NCBI GenBank assembly: GCA_012862495.1
Contig: BLSG01000155.1
Coordinates: forward strand, 67,897-101,076
DNA: 33,180 nucleotides
Direction of reading: 5' to 3'
DNA from: Thraustochytrium aureum
Taxonomy: Eukaryota
Below the pieces are notes generated by a model. It did not search any database and was not told where the DNA came from. It saw only the letters and a list, made by a program, of their open reading frames with translations. This document shows positions 21,595-32,790 of the stretch, piece after piece. Each line of letters starts with the position of its first letter. Within the stretch, counting starts at the first letter, position 1. Made by a program: the position numbers and the translations under genes.

Positions 21595-21732
21595 GCGCTC
21601 CGCCGATGCAGGTCTGCCTGCCTGCGCGCATCACGCTCGCTCGGGCGTCAATCAATCATCGCGACAGCATCGCGACGGCGACGATGACGATGAGGGCCGC
21701 GCAGACCCCCAAGCCGACGAAGGAAAGCACGC

Positions 21733-21798
21733 CGCGCAGGGCTCGCGCAGGGCTCGCGCAGGGCTCGCGCAGGGCTCGCGCAGGGCTCGCGCAGGGCG
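21733..21798. repeat. 11-bp tandem repeat (CGCGCAGGGCT) x6, truncated by gap
   Basis: Directly visible near-perfect copies. Confidence 0.95.
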
Positions 21799-22143
21799 NN
21801 NNNNNNNNNNNNNNNNNNNNNNNNNNNNNNNNNNNNNNNNNNNNNNNNNNNNNNNNNNNNNNNNNNNNNNNNNNNNNNNNNNNNNNNNNNNNNNNNNNNN
21901 NNNNNNNNNNNNNNNNNNNNNNNNNNNNNNNNNNNNNNNNNNNNNNNNNNNNNNNNNNNNNNNNNNNNNNNNNNNNNNNNNNNNNNNNNNNNNNNNNNNN
22001 NNNNNNNNNNNNNNNNNNNNNNNNNNNNNNNNNNNNNNNNNNNNNNNNNNNNNNNNNNNNNNNNNNNNNNNNNNNNNNNNNNNNNNNNNNNNNNNNNNNN
22101 NNNNNNNNNNNNNNNNNNNNNNNNNNNNNNNNNNNNNNNNNNN

Positions 22144-22250
22144 TTGGCTTGGTTGCTTTGCTTGGCTTGGTTGCTTGGTTGCTTTGCTTGGTTGCTTGGC
22201 TTGCTTGGTTTGCTTGGTTGCTTGGTTTGCTTGGTTGCTTTGCTTGCTTG
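22144..22250. repeat. Degenerate (TTGG/TTGC)n simple repeat, probably intronic
   Basis: Directly visible; abuts the gap and precedes the histone-fold coding exon. Confidence 0.85.
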
Positions 22251-22268
22251 GAGGCGTGCCGGCTTGCT

Positions 22269-22791
22269 GATGACCGCTGTTCGAGCTGGGCAGGTTTCGG
22301 GCAAGGCGCTCGAGAGCGTCGGGCTCGCTGTGGAAGCGTTCATTGACGACCTCGTGGAGCAGACGGCTGCGGAGGCCAGACGAACCGGAAGCGCCAAGAT
22401 CGATCTGGTCGTGATGTGCGTTTCGGGGTTGCGCTCGCCGCAGGCCGGCTTTGCTCGCTGACTGTGGAAATCTGGCGTGCGGTTCAGGCGCGCGATGATC
22501 GAGCGCGAGAAGCGCTTTGACTTTCTGCGAAATGTGCAGGTGGTCGAGCCGCCGAGGGCCTATCGTGCCCCGAAAAGCAGCAAAAGAAAGCGCGAGCGCG
22601 GTGCCGGGGTTGACACGGGCGCTGGGGTGAAGGAAGAAGCGGATAGAGCGGAGGCCGATGCAGCTGCTCGCTTTGACACGGGCACCTACACGATCCCGGG
22701 GCTCAATGCTGCCTTGGCCAAGAGCTCCGGGGCAAGAGCGGGACCTGCCGGCAACGGCAGCGAGGACGACGGCGAGGACGAGTATGACTAG
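22269..22791 (+). CDS. H2A-like histone-fold protein, NC2-alpha (DRAP1/Bur6) or NF-YC/POLE4 class; 5' end uncertain; intron 22416-22487
   Basis: Spliced GQVSGKALESVGLAVEAFIDDLVEQTAAEARRTGSAKIDLVVMRAMIEREKRFDFL matches the spacing of the DRAP1 histone-fold core ending in FDFL; basic then acidic tail. Intron GTGCGT...GCTGAC...TTCAG contains an in-frame stop. Confidence 0.75.
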
Positions 22792-23351
22792 CGCATTTTC
22801 TCGAGTGAAACCCTGGCCCGCCAGCGCGCCAAACACGACCCCCAACACCAGTCCACGCAAGCATGCTTTGAGGTACACTCAGGCTCGCTGGGCGCGAGGT
22901 CGCGGGGAACGGTAGACGGCAATCGTCAGCCATTGCCCGGAGGGCGCGAATCGACCGCACCGAGTCGACCGCACAAACAAACAGGCATTTCAGTCTTTTT
23001 TTTAATTCTGGATGAAAAAACAAAACCTCTAGAGGCCCTCGACGCGCAGGCGGCATGGCGCGCCACTGCGAGCAGGCTCGTTGTGCGGCAAACGCGCTCC
23101 CCGCGCAGCCCTCGCGAGCGCGCTTCAGCCATTTCTCAGAAGCCGTGTGTCCGCCCATTTACATGGCCGTTACCAGCTCGGCCCGACGCCCGACGCCGCG
23201 AGCAACCCACCCTTCTTGAGCGAGCGCGAGCCGAAGCGGCATCGCCCCCGCGCGCGCCCAGCTGTACCTTGCTGGCGATCGTTGGCTGCTTGGCGGCTGC
23301 CTCGCGGCTTGTCTGGGCGCAGGTCGAGGCCGCTGCCCCACGAACGCGACC

Positions 23352-25131
23352 ATGAACGAGGCGAAACTCGACTCGCGGTTCGAGCACCACTTTGACGATG
23401 ACGAGCGCGCGGCCGAGTCCGAGGACGACGAATGGGCCGGGACGGGCTCGGGAGTGGCCGTCGCGGTCAAGGTCGGCCCCTGCAGATTCACGATGAGCGT
23501 GGGCGACGGGACGCAAGACGTTCGGTGGCTCACGCTCGCCGCCTCGCTGAGGTACTCGGCGTTCGTGCAGACATACGGCAAGCAGCGGCAGCACGATGAC
23601 GCCTTGCTCGAGGCTGGCAACTTCCTTCCGGTTTCGTGCCGGCTCGGCGGGCGCACGCTCGACCCGAAGACCAAGCTGCGAGACGCACTCTCGAGGCGCG
23701 CACGGAAGGAAAGCAAAGGCGAGGTGGAGTTCGAGGTCGAGCTGTGCAGGCAAGTTCACCTGGGCGAGGATGGGGCGCCGCAGCTCGCAGACTGGCAGAC
23801 AAAGGCGTTTTGCCACAGCGATGCGGCCCTCGAGCAGGCGGCGCGGCAAAAGGAAGCCGCGAGGGCGCCGCGCAACAACCACAACGATGACGACGCAGAC
23901 GAGGAGGACGAGGACGAGGCCACCGGACGGCCTACTCGACACCTCGCGCCTGGGTATCAGGCCGCGTTTGAGGGGCCCGAGTTTGTCGCTGCGGCGCTCG
24001 AGTCTGACTGGGCTCGCGTTCGGGCGTTCCCCGAGTTTGCATCGTGGTTTCACACAGCAGAATACAGCAAGCTCGACCTCGGAAAAGAGCGCNNNNNNNN
24101 NNNNNNNNNNNNNNNNNNNNNNNNNNNNNNNNNNNNNNNNNNNNNNNNNNNNNNNNNNNNNNNNNNNNNNNNNNNNNNNNNNNNNNNNNNNNNNNNNNNN
24201 NNNNNNNNNNNNNNNNNNNNNNNNNNNNNNNNNNNNNNNNNNNNNNNNNNNNNNNNNNNNNNNNNNNNNNNNNNNNNNNNNNNNGAGCAGGTGATCGACT
24301 ACTATGGGTGGCTGTGGCGGCGGCTCGGCGGCGCCTCCGTGAGCCCAGCCGAGTGCGCGCACATGCTGCACCACATGGGCCTCGTCACGACGCCAGCAGA
24401 GGGCGAACCGTCAAGGCGGCCATTGCGCAGGTTGCCGCGTGGGCAGCCCCCCGCGGGGACGTAAATGCGGCCACCCTCCAGCGCGCGGAAGTCATCCTCG
24501 TGATCCTCATCCTTGCAGCCGCGGCAGTCAAGCCAGTGGGCCTCGCCGCCGAGGTCAAGCGCATGGTGCGGGACCACGTTGTGCCCGCCGGGGCTGGGCT
24601 CATGTCGGCGGACAAGAGCGCGCTGGTGCGTCGCGTACTGGCGCGCTCGAGCGTGGCGCGGCTCTTTCGCAGCAAGCGCAAGCGCGACCGCGAGGGTGCT
24701 GCTGCTATTCAGCACGTGTTCAAGAGCTTTTGCATCGGCGCGATTTCGCGGCGCGAAGAGCCGACAATGAAGATGCGCGAATTTGGCCTGTTCATCCAAG
24801 ACATGATGCCAGGGCCTCGTCGCAGCGTCGTCCTCGACCGGGAAACAAAGGAGCACGACCTGGCGCCGAATCCAAAGCTGGAGCCAGCGATGCAGTGCGC
24901 AACCTTCGCTTTGCTCAGGACGTTTTCACTCGCGCACAGGGCCTCAACCCCGCGACGCACACTACGGCGCTCGACGAGCTTGTGCTTGCCGAGTTTGTGT
25001 ATGGAATTCTCTTGGTGCTGCATAGCAGCGAGGAGGACGCGGACACGTGGGACTCGAAGCACGGCGCAAGCTTGTTTATGGGTGTGGTGGAACGGTTTCG
25101 CGACCTGCTGGATGATGACGCGGATGAGTAA
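23352..25131 (+). CDS. Uncharacterised protein; N-terminal ubiquitin-fold-like (Par3/HAL N-terminal-like) segment and degenerate EF-hand-like C-terminus; two -1 frameshifts (~24405, ~24905)
   Basis: VAVKVGPCRFTMSVGDGTQDVRWLTLAASLRY near the start; IQHVFKSF...TMKMREFGLFIQD and ELVLAEFVYGILLV later; three consecutive overlapping ORFs (23352, 24044, 24439). Confidence 0.55.
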
Positions 25132-25441
25132 GGCGCGGCGCTCTGAGCGGTGCTTCCAAAGGTGCGCGACTCAAAGCTCGGGGCAAAAAGCTCGTTGGCT
25201 ACGCGGACGGTCCAAGGTGGAACGCGTCGAGCGAGCGATGCGAACGGTAATGGAATTTACTTTCGGCAATTCTATGCTCTTGCGCCTCTTGAAACTGTGT
25301 GTCTGTCAGCCTGCCCAACGCGGCTTCCTGCGGCTTGGCTTGCGCCCTCCTTGCGCTATCCTCACCCGCTTGGCTTGGCTCTCCCGCGCAAGCTAGCGAG
25401 ACTGGGCTGCGGCCACTTGTCGCCTGGGCCGGGATGTCCTG

Positions 25442-25951
25442 CTAGTCGAGTCGCACATAGTCGCCGCGGCTGGGCTCGACGCGAACCACGATGATCTCCT
25501 GTGTACGGGACTTTCGCCTTGTGCAGGCGCAAATGCAGCACGCAGCAAACAGGAAGGCCGCCGCGATCGGTAAGATGAGCGCTGAGGTGTACACTGCGCA
25601 CCGGCCCACGTCGATGCTTCGGTCGACTCCAAGGATGTCTGTGACGGTCATCACGCCCCAGGTTTTATCGCAATACTGCGCGAATGGGCAGCTGCAGTTG
25701 TCAAACCGGTAAGCAAAGCTTTGCCCGGCCACATCTGTCGCGAACGAGCAATAGTACCCGTGCGAAAACCCGACGTCGCGGAGGTCGAAGTTGACCGTCA
25801 CTGGCCCGATGTGGAGCCGGTACTCGTCATACAAGTACGGGCACTCGTTCTCATCCGCCCCATTGTCCCCGCGCAGCACGACGTCGCCCAGCTCCGCGCC
25901 GGCAACACGGCCAGCGGCCAGACCAAGCAAAGCAAGGGCAGCAACGCGCAT
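25442..25951 (-). CDS. Small type I membrane protein: signal peptide, 6-Cys ectodomain, TM helix, Cys-rich juxtamembrane segment, YxxL tail
   Basis: MRVAALALLGLAAGRVAGA signal; ALILPIAAAFLFAACCICAC TM followed by TRRKSR; ends DYVRLD. Confidence 0.75.
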   Translation of the reverse strand: MRVAALALLGLAAGRVAGAELGDVVLRGDNGADENECPYLYDEYRLHIGPVTVNFDLRDVGFSHGYYCSFATDVAGQSFAYRFDNCSCPFAQYCDKTWGVMTVTDILGVDRSIDVGRCAVYTSALILPIAAAFLFAACCICACTRRKSRTQEIIVVRVEPSRGDYVRLD

Positions 25952-26031
25952 GTCTGGCAACCCTCGCGCCTCAACCGAACTGCAAACCCAACCAGAGGGC
26001 GAGCGAAGCGACTGCAACGATCGATCTGGAT

Positions 26032-26085
26032 GGCGTCGACGGCGTCGATGGCTTCGAAGGCGTCACTGGCTTCGACGGCGTCGAT
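26032..26085. repeat. 9-bp tandem repeat GGC(G/T)TCGAN x6, truncated by gap
   Basis: ggcgtcgac ggcgtcgat ggcttcgaa ggcgtcact ggcttcgac ggcgtcgat. Confidence 0.85.
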
Positions 26086-26327
26086 NNNNNNNNNNNNNNN
26101 NNNNNNNNNNNNNNNNNNNNNNNNNNNNNNNNNNNNNNNNNNNNNNNNNNNNNNNNNNNNNNNNNNNNNNNNNNNNNNNNNNNNNNNNNNNNNNNNNNNN
26201 NNNNNNNNNNNNNNNNNNNNNNNNNNNNNNNNNNNNNNNNNNNNNNNNNNNNNNNNNNNNNNNNNNCGCGCCATCGCTCGCGAGCATCCAATTCATCGGA
26301 CAAAGGGCGTACGAGCGAGACGATCAA

Positions 26328-26513
26328 ACAATCGATTGAAACCGCCAAAATCGATTACCACTCCCGTTCAATCGATTGCGGCCGATTTAACCACTCCCGT
26401 TCAATCGATTGCGGCCGATTTAACCATTCCCGTTCAATCGATTTCCATTCCCGCTCAATCGATTTTACCATTCCCGTTCAATCGATTGAGGTCGATTTTC
26501 CTCGTTCAATCGG
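26328..26513. repeat. 33-bp tandem repeat decaying into shorter units, with CAATCGATT(G) core
   Basis: Unit ccactcccgttcaatcgattgcggccgatttaa x2-3, then shorter ccattcccgttcaatcgatt copies. Confidence 0.9.
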
Positions 26514-26763
26514 CGAGCGAAGGCCGAGGTGCACAAAGACGGCTTGCGCCACATGGCAGGCGGCCTTGTGCGCGTGGTGCGCCAACTCAGCCAGACACCA
26601 ATCGGTTGCGCGCGCTCGCGAGTCCGGCAGGCAGGGAATCAGGCACGCACGCACGCAGGCCCGCAGGCCCGCAGGCACGCAGGTCTTCAGGCCTTCAGGC
26701 ACACGAGTTGTGCGGGCTTGAGGAGAGATGAGCTGGAAAGCGCGCGCTGAGGTCGGCCAGGAG

Positions 26764-27202
26764 ATGGCGCTGAGGTTTGTTCAGCCTGTGGTGGACGTCG
26801 TGACGAAGACGTCGGTGACGGATCCGAGGTTTGCGCAGGATACGCTACTGGCGAAGCGCATGTTTATGGGGGGTTTCTGGGGCTGCCGCTGCTTTGGTTT
26901 TTATGGCGGTGAACTACTGGTCAATGGCCAAGCGGCCTGGCGCCCCGTCCGAGCTCAGGTTTTGTAAGTTACTTGGCTTCGCGCGGTCGTTCCCGGTTCG
27001 CTGCGAGGCGCGAGACTGATGGAGGCGCGAGACTGACGGACGCTGGCTTTTTCGCGTAGATGTGCGTTTTGGACTCGGGGGCTCGCTCCTGATGCTTGCC
27101 GGGCTCATCGGGTGGATCGTGTACTTTCAGACGAACTGGGAGACCACGCTCAGTCTGAGGAAACTGCTCGTGGTTCGGGTTTTGAGTGCCGACACCTGGT
27201 GA
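26764..27202 (+). CDS. PSENEN: Gamma-secretase subunit PEN-2 (presenilin enhancer 2); intron 26964-27059; two homopolymer frameshifts at ~26880 and ~26900
   Basis: Reconstructed LLAKRMFMGGFWGLPLLWF(F)MAVNYWSMAKRPGAPSELRFYVRFGLGGSLLMLAGLIGWIVYFQTNWETTLSLRKLLVV follows the PEN-2 pattern GGF..LP.LW..N...YV.....G......W...FQ...W. Intron GTAAGT...ACTGAC...CGTAG. Alternative in-frame ATG at 26728. Confidence 0.8.
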
Positions 27203-27819
27203 TCGCTGGCGGAGCAGCCGGTGCGCGCCCGCGCAGACACGTCGCTGTCGCCCTCGTTGCTGCTGTTCCTACTTCCGCGTGTGTGCCATAGCTTTGCATC
27301 ATCGTTAGGACTCACCATCTACTGCTGATTTGTTTGTATTGTCTTTTCCATGATAGATCCTGCGGTGAAGTTCCAAGCGGCTCCGCTGCGACTCGCTGGC
27401 GCGCCCTGCAGCTCGCTCGGACGGCGTGCGCGCGTTCATTCGACAGCAGCGCAAACACTCGACCAACTCAGGCCCCGAGCTGGCCGCCGATGACTGGCTC
27501 GCTCTCGAGCCGACCGGCGGCCAGCAGAGGGAGCGAGCATGACGCGCAGCAGGCTTGCCGGATGGAGACACCTCACGGATTTTGGTCGAGTAGATAGAGG
27601 GGTCGTTCGGCGGGGCGGCGGCTCCGGAACGCATTTGGCGCGACCCCGAAACCGCGCAAAGGCGCGACGACAGCGCGCACAGCTCGCAACGCAGAGAGAG
27701 CTCCGTCACTCGTCACTCAACCGCTGTCGCGACCGAAAGGCGTCCGCCGCGGCACCGCAAAAGCCAGCCCCAGCTCCCAGCGGCCCCGCTGTGCGGCGAC
27801 AAGTCAGCCGCTGGCCTCG

Positions 27820-30800
27820 ATGGCGCAGAACGGCGGCCTCGAGGACGTCGAGCTCTCGGCCGACCTCGTCGAGCAGCTCGGCGACGTGACCAGCGCCGGG
27901 GCGCTCGTGACAGGGCCGCGCAAGAAGCGCGAGACCCCGGAGGCCAACAAGTCGAAGCGCAAGCGGCCAAAGTTTGACGCAGACAATGCCCCGGCCGAGC
28001 GGCCCGAGCGAGCTGTGCCCTCGCGAAAGCGCGCCATGCGCGGCGCCGAGGAGTTTCTCGAGGCTGAAAAGATGAAGAAGAAGCAGCGCAAGGCCATGGA
28101 GAAGCTCGCCGAAGATAAGCGCCGCAAGGAGCGCAGGAAGGAGCTCTTCGAGACCCTCGCGACCAACCAGCTGTCGGCCAAAGAGCAAGGCCTGTTGCGG
28201 TCCAGCGCGACGCTCGGGAAGAAGAAAAAGACGCTGCGCGAGAAGCTGCGCGAAGACGTGCTGCGCGAGCGCAGCGGCCTCGCCGGCCTAGCGGAGCGGG
28301 AGGCCGAAGACATGGAGCTTGACGCCGCTCAGGACCCGGACAGCCAGGCGCAGGACTCGGCACCAAAAGCCAAGCGCAAGCGAGGGCCCAAAGTGAAGCA
28401 AGGCCGCCAAGCCGCTGCTCGTATCATCGCCATAGGGGACTCGAGCGACGACGACGACGAGGAGGAGGAGGAGGAGGGACGAGGCGGCGGCGGCGGTGGC
28501 GGCGGTGGAGGGACGAGGTGGATCGGCGCAGCTCGCAGAACTGCCGCGCGAAGGCGAGGTTCCGGCTGCTGCGAGCGCCCCGACCGAGGAGGCAAAGCGT
28601 TCTCAAGCTGTGGCAGACGCCTCAACCGAGGAGGGAGCAGCCGACGCTCGCCGCGCTACGGTTGACCCAGACGACACACTTGGCAAAGACCGGCACACGC
28701 TCAACGAGAAGCTCAAGGCGGTCAGTGCAATCGACAACGACAAGTCCAAGTTCGTTTTTCGTGTCAAGCGCTCTGCTTCCGTGGACGCACAGCGCCAGGA
28801 GCTCCCCGTGTGCATGATGGAGCAAGAAATTATGGAGACGATCCAGAACAACCTCGTGACCGTACTTTGCGGCGAGACAGGGTCCGGGAAAACCACCCAG
28901 GTGCCCCAGTTCCTCTTCGAGGCGGGGTATGGAGCCGCAAGCGCCCCCGACCCGGCCATTCGCGGCATGGTGGCGGTCACCCAGCCACGGCGCGTGGCCA
29001 CAGTGAGCATGGCGCGGCGCGTCGCGTTCGAGCTCGGCGTCAACCGCGATGACATCGACTATGGTGGGTCTGTCGGGTACCAGATCCGCCACGACCGCCG
29101 AACCGTTTCTGAGAAGACACGGATCAAGTTTATGACGGACGGAGTGCTGCTGCGCGAGGCTCGAGAAGACTTGCTTCTTCGGCGTTACTCTGTGATCATT
29201 CTGGACGAGGCGCACGAGCGCAACCTAAACACAGATATTCTCCTGGGGATTCTGTCGCGCGTGGTCCCGCTTCGCGAGCAGATTCACCGCGAGGGGTCGA
29301 TGCCCGACGTGTTTCCCCTGCGCGTAGTTATCATGTCGGCCACGCTGCGCGTGGATGACTTTGCCAACAACCCGCGCCTGTTTGTGGAACACCGCCCGCC
29401 CGTCGTGACCGTGGAAGCGCGCCAGTACCCGGTGGCTGTCCACTTTAGTCGCCGCACGGAGCTGCAAAATTACTTGGCCTCCGCGTTCAAGAAGGTCTGC
29501 GCGATCCACAAGCGGCTCCCGCCGGGCGCCGTGCTGGTTTTTCTCACGGGCCAGCGCGAGATCGAGTGGATGTGCCGTGCGCTTCGCCAAAAATACGCCG
29601 TGAAGCCCGCCAAGCGTGCGAGCCGGGGCGCCTCCAGCGGCCCAATCAAAGCCGCTGCCGTCGCTCGCTCGGCAAGCAAAGAGCCTTGCGCCACAACGGC
29701 GGGCGGCGCGGGCGCCGCGACAGGCGATGCAGAGCCCCAAGTCGACTATAGTGATATCGACAGCGACGAGGAGAGCGACGAGGAGGTCGATGACGAGGAG
29801 GTCGATGACGAGTTGGACCAAGAGGCGGCGGACCGCGACGGCGAGGAAGACGACGAGGACCTTGAAGGAGCAAGGGGGAAGCGGGGGCGCAGCAACAAGA
29901 AGAAGCAACCGCCGAAAACGCTGCCGGTGGGCGCCGCGGCGCGCATCAAGGCGGCTTCGACGCGGCTCAACCTGGAAGCGGACCCAGAGCAAGGACCTGT
30001 GGTCGTGCTCCCGCTCTACTCGCGGTTGCCGACCAAGGAGCAGCTCGAGGTTTTCAAGGACGTTCCCGAGGGCCACCGGCTCATCGTGGTCGCGACCAAC
30101 GTGGCAGAGACCTCGGTGACGATCCCCGGCGTCCGCTACGTTGTGGACTGCGGACGCGAGAAGCGCAAGGTGCACGATCAAGTGACCGGGACGTCAAAGT
30201 TTGAGATAGGCTGGGTCTCGCAGGCGTCGGCAAACCAGCGTATGGGCCGCGCAGGGCGCACGGGTCCAGGCCACTGCTACCGCTTGTTCTCCTCGGCGGT
30301 GTTCAACGACCACTTTGAGCAGTTTGGCCAGCCGGAGATCAACCAGCTCCCCATCGAGGATGTCATCTTGTACATGAAGACGATGAGCATTGACAAGATC
30401 GAGTCGTTCCCGTTCCCAACGCCGCCCGACCTGGGCGCGATCGAAGCTGCCGAGTCGCGGCTCTTGCAGCTCGGGGCGCTGGTGCGGCGAAGTGCGCGGC
30501 TCGCGTACGAGCGCTTTGCTAGCGAGCGGACTGCCATTTCGGCGCTGGGCCGCCGCGTCACGCAGTTCCCAGTGCGCGCGCGGTTTGGCAAGATGCTGGC
30601 GGTGGCCGCTTGCGACGTCAAGCAGCCAACGGAGCGGCTCGCGTATATCGTCGCGGTTGTGGCCGCCCTGAGCCTGCAGGAGCCGTTCCTCCACATGCAG
30701 ATCATCGAGGAGGGCCGGGGCTCTGCAGCGACGAGCAAGGCCATCAAAGCCGCCGACGACGCGGAAGAAGAAGAAGAAGAAGGCGCGGCCGCGTCGCGAC

Positions 30801-31579
30801 AGCGCAGCGACAGCGCTGAAAGCAGCAGCTCGAGCGAGGCAAGCGCCGTGGAGGCAGCCGCGGCGCCCGGCTCGAGCGCGGCGGAGCTGCAGGCCGAAGA
30901 GCGGCGGCGCAAGCTGCGCGATCGCGCGAAGGAGGTTGCTGCGACGTGGAAGGACCGGCAGAGCGACGTCCTCTCGCTCCTGGTGGCCGCTGGCGCGTAC
31001 GCGCACACCGCTGCATTCAAGAGCAATCGCCAGGCGGAGCAGTTTTGCAGGTCGCACCTGCTGCATGCCAAGACGATGCGGGAGCAGCTTCAGCTGCGGG
31101 CCCAGCTGGCCCGCGTCGCGGCCGGGATGAACCTAAGCGCGGCGCGATCGGACGCGCCCTACGACCCGGAGTCGGATGCGGAGAGCGACGACCTGGAGAA
31201 CCAGGGCGAGGCCTCGGACACGGACGAGGTGGTTTCGCTGGAGAGTCGCCGGGAGCAGGCGAAGGAGCGTGAGCTCCGGGCAAAGGTGGCCAACCTGTCG
31301 GCCCGGCTCGGCGGCCCGCTTCCGCCGATGACGGACGCCGACCGCGTGTACGTTCGTCAGGTGGTGACCTCCGGCCTGCTGGACCAGGTTGCGAGGAAGA
31401 TGACGCGAGAGGAGGCGCGTGCTGTGGCGGACGAGTTCGATTTTCGCACCGCGAAAGCTTGGCCGTACACGTCATGCGGGACCACGGTTGGCGCTCCGCT
31501 GTTTGTGCACCCGCACTCGAACGTGGCCTGCAAGAACCCGAGCGGGCTGCCAGAGTTTGTGGTGTACGGGCACATTGAT
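27820..31579 (+). CDS. DHX37: DEAH-box RNA helicase DHX37/Dhr1(Ecm16), small-subunit ribosome biogenesis; +1 frameshift near 28477; 3' end in gap
   Basis: GETGSGKTTQVPQFLFEAGY, TQPRRVA, DEAHER, MSATL, VATNVAETS, QRMGRAGRTGPGHCYRL; Dhr1-type N-terminus (RRKELFETLATNQL...LLRSSATLGK) and acidic insert within RecA2. Confidence 0.92.
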
Positions 31580-32574
31580 NNNNNNNNNNNNNNNNNNNNN
31601 NNNNNNNNNNNNNNNNNNNNNNNNNNNNNNNNNNNNNNNNNNNNNNNNNNNNNNNNNNNNNNNNNNNNNNNNNNNNNNNNNNNNNNNNNNNNNNNNNNNN
31701 NNNNNNNNNNNNNNNNNNNNNNNNNNNNNNNNNNNNNNNNNNNNNNNNNNNNNNNNNNNNNNNNNNNNNNNNNNNNNNNNNNNNNNNNNNNNNNNNNNNN
31801 NNNNNNNNNNNNNNNNNNNNNNNNNNNNNNNNNNNNNNNNNNNNNNNNNNNNNNNNNNNNNNNNNNNNNNNNNNNNNNNNNNNNNNNNNNNNNNNNNNNN
31901 NNNNNNNNNNNNNNNNNNNNNNNNNNNNNNNNNNNNNNNNNNNNNNNNNNNNNNNNNNNNNNNNNNNNNNNNNNNNNNNNNNNNNNNNNNNNNNNNNNNN
32001 NNNNNNNNNNNNNNNNNNNNNNNNNNNNNNNNNNNNNNNNNNNNNNNNNNNNNNNNNNNNNNNNNNNNNNNNNNNNNNNNNNNNNNNNNNNNNNNNNNNN
32101 NNNNNNNNNNNNNNNNNNNNNNNNNNNNNNNNNNNNNNNNNNNNNNNNNNNNNNNNNNNNNNNNNNNNNNNNNNNNNNNNNNNNNNNNNNNNNNNNNNNN
32201 NNNNNNNNNNNNNNNNNNNNNNNNNNNNNNNNNNNNNNNNNNNNNNNNNNNNNNNNNNNNNNNNNNNNNNNNNNNNNNNNNNNNNNNNNNNNNNNNNNNN
32301 NNNNNNNNNNNNNNNNNNNNNNNNNNNNNNNNNNNNNNNNNNNNNNNNNNNNNNNNNNNNNNNNNNNNNNNNNNNNNNNNNNNNNNNNNNNNNNNNNNNN
32401 NNNNNNNNNNNNNNNNNNNNNNNNNNNNNNNNNNNNNNNNNNNNNNNNNNNNNNNNNNNNNNNNNNNNNNNNNNNNNNNNNNNNNNNNNNNNNNNNNNNN
32501 NNNNNNNNNNNNNNNNNNNNNNNNNNNNNNNNNNNNNNNNNNNNNNNNNNNNNNNNNNNNNNNNNNNNNACCAT

Positions 32575-32790
32575 GAAAAGAACAGAGAGAGCACGAACGA
32601 AGCGAAGCGAAGAACAGAGAGAGCATTCAATGAACGAACAGAAAGAAAGAACATTCAATGAACGAATAGAAAGAACATTCAATTAACGAATAGAAAGAAC
32701 ATTCAATTAACGAACAGAGAGAAGTACGAAGGAAGCGAGGAACAGAGCGAAGCACTGCTCAAAGAACAAAGAGAGCACGTGATGAATCAA
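32575..32790. repeat. A-rich array including ~24-bp units AGAAAGAACATTCAAT(G/T)AACGAAT
   Basis: About 3-4 copies at 32620-32716 inside a purine-rich island next to a gap. Confidence 0.8.

Noticed and set aside
20260..21687. Long antisense ORFs opposite real genes (e.g. 20260..21687, 13693..14736, 29225..30181)
   Set aside because: Shadow ORFs expected from GC3-biased codon usage; no recognisable protein features.
26328..26513. 33-bp palindromic repeats as CRISPR repeats or plasmid iterons
   Set aside because: No unique spacers, unit length varies, and no cas or rep gene is present.
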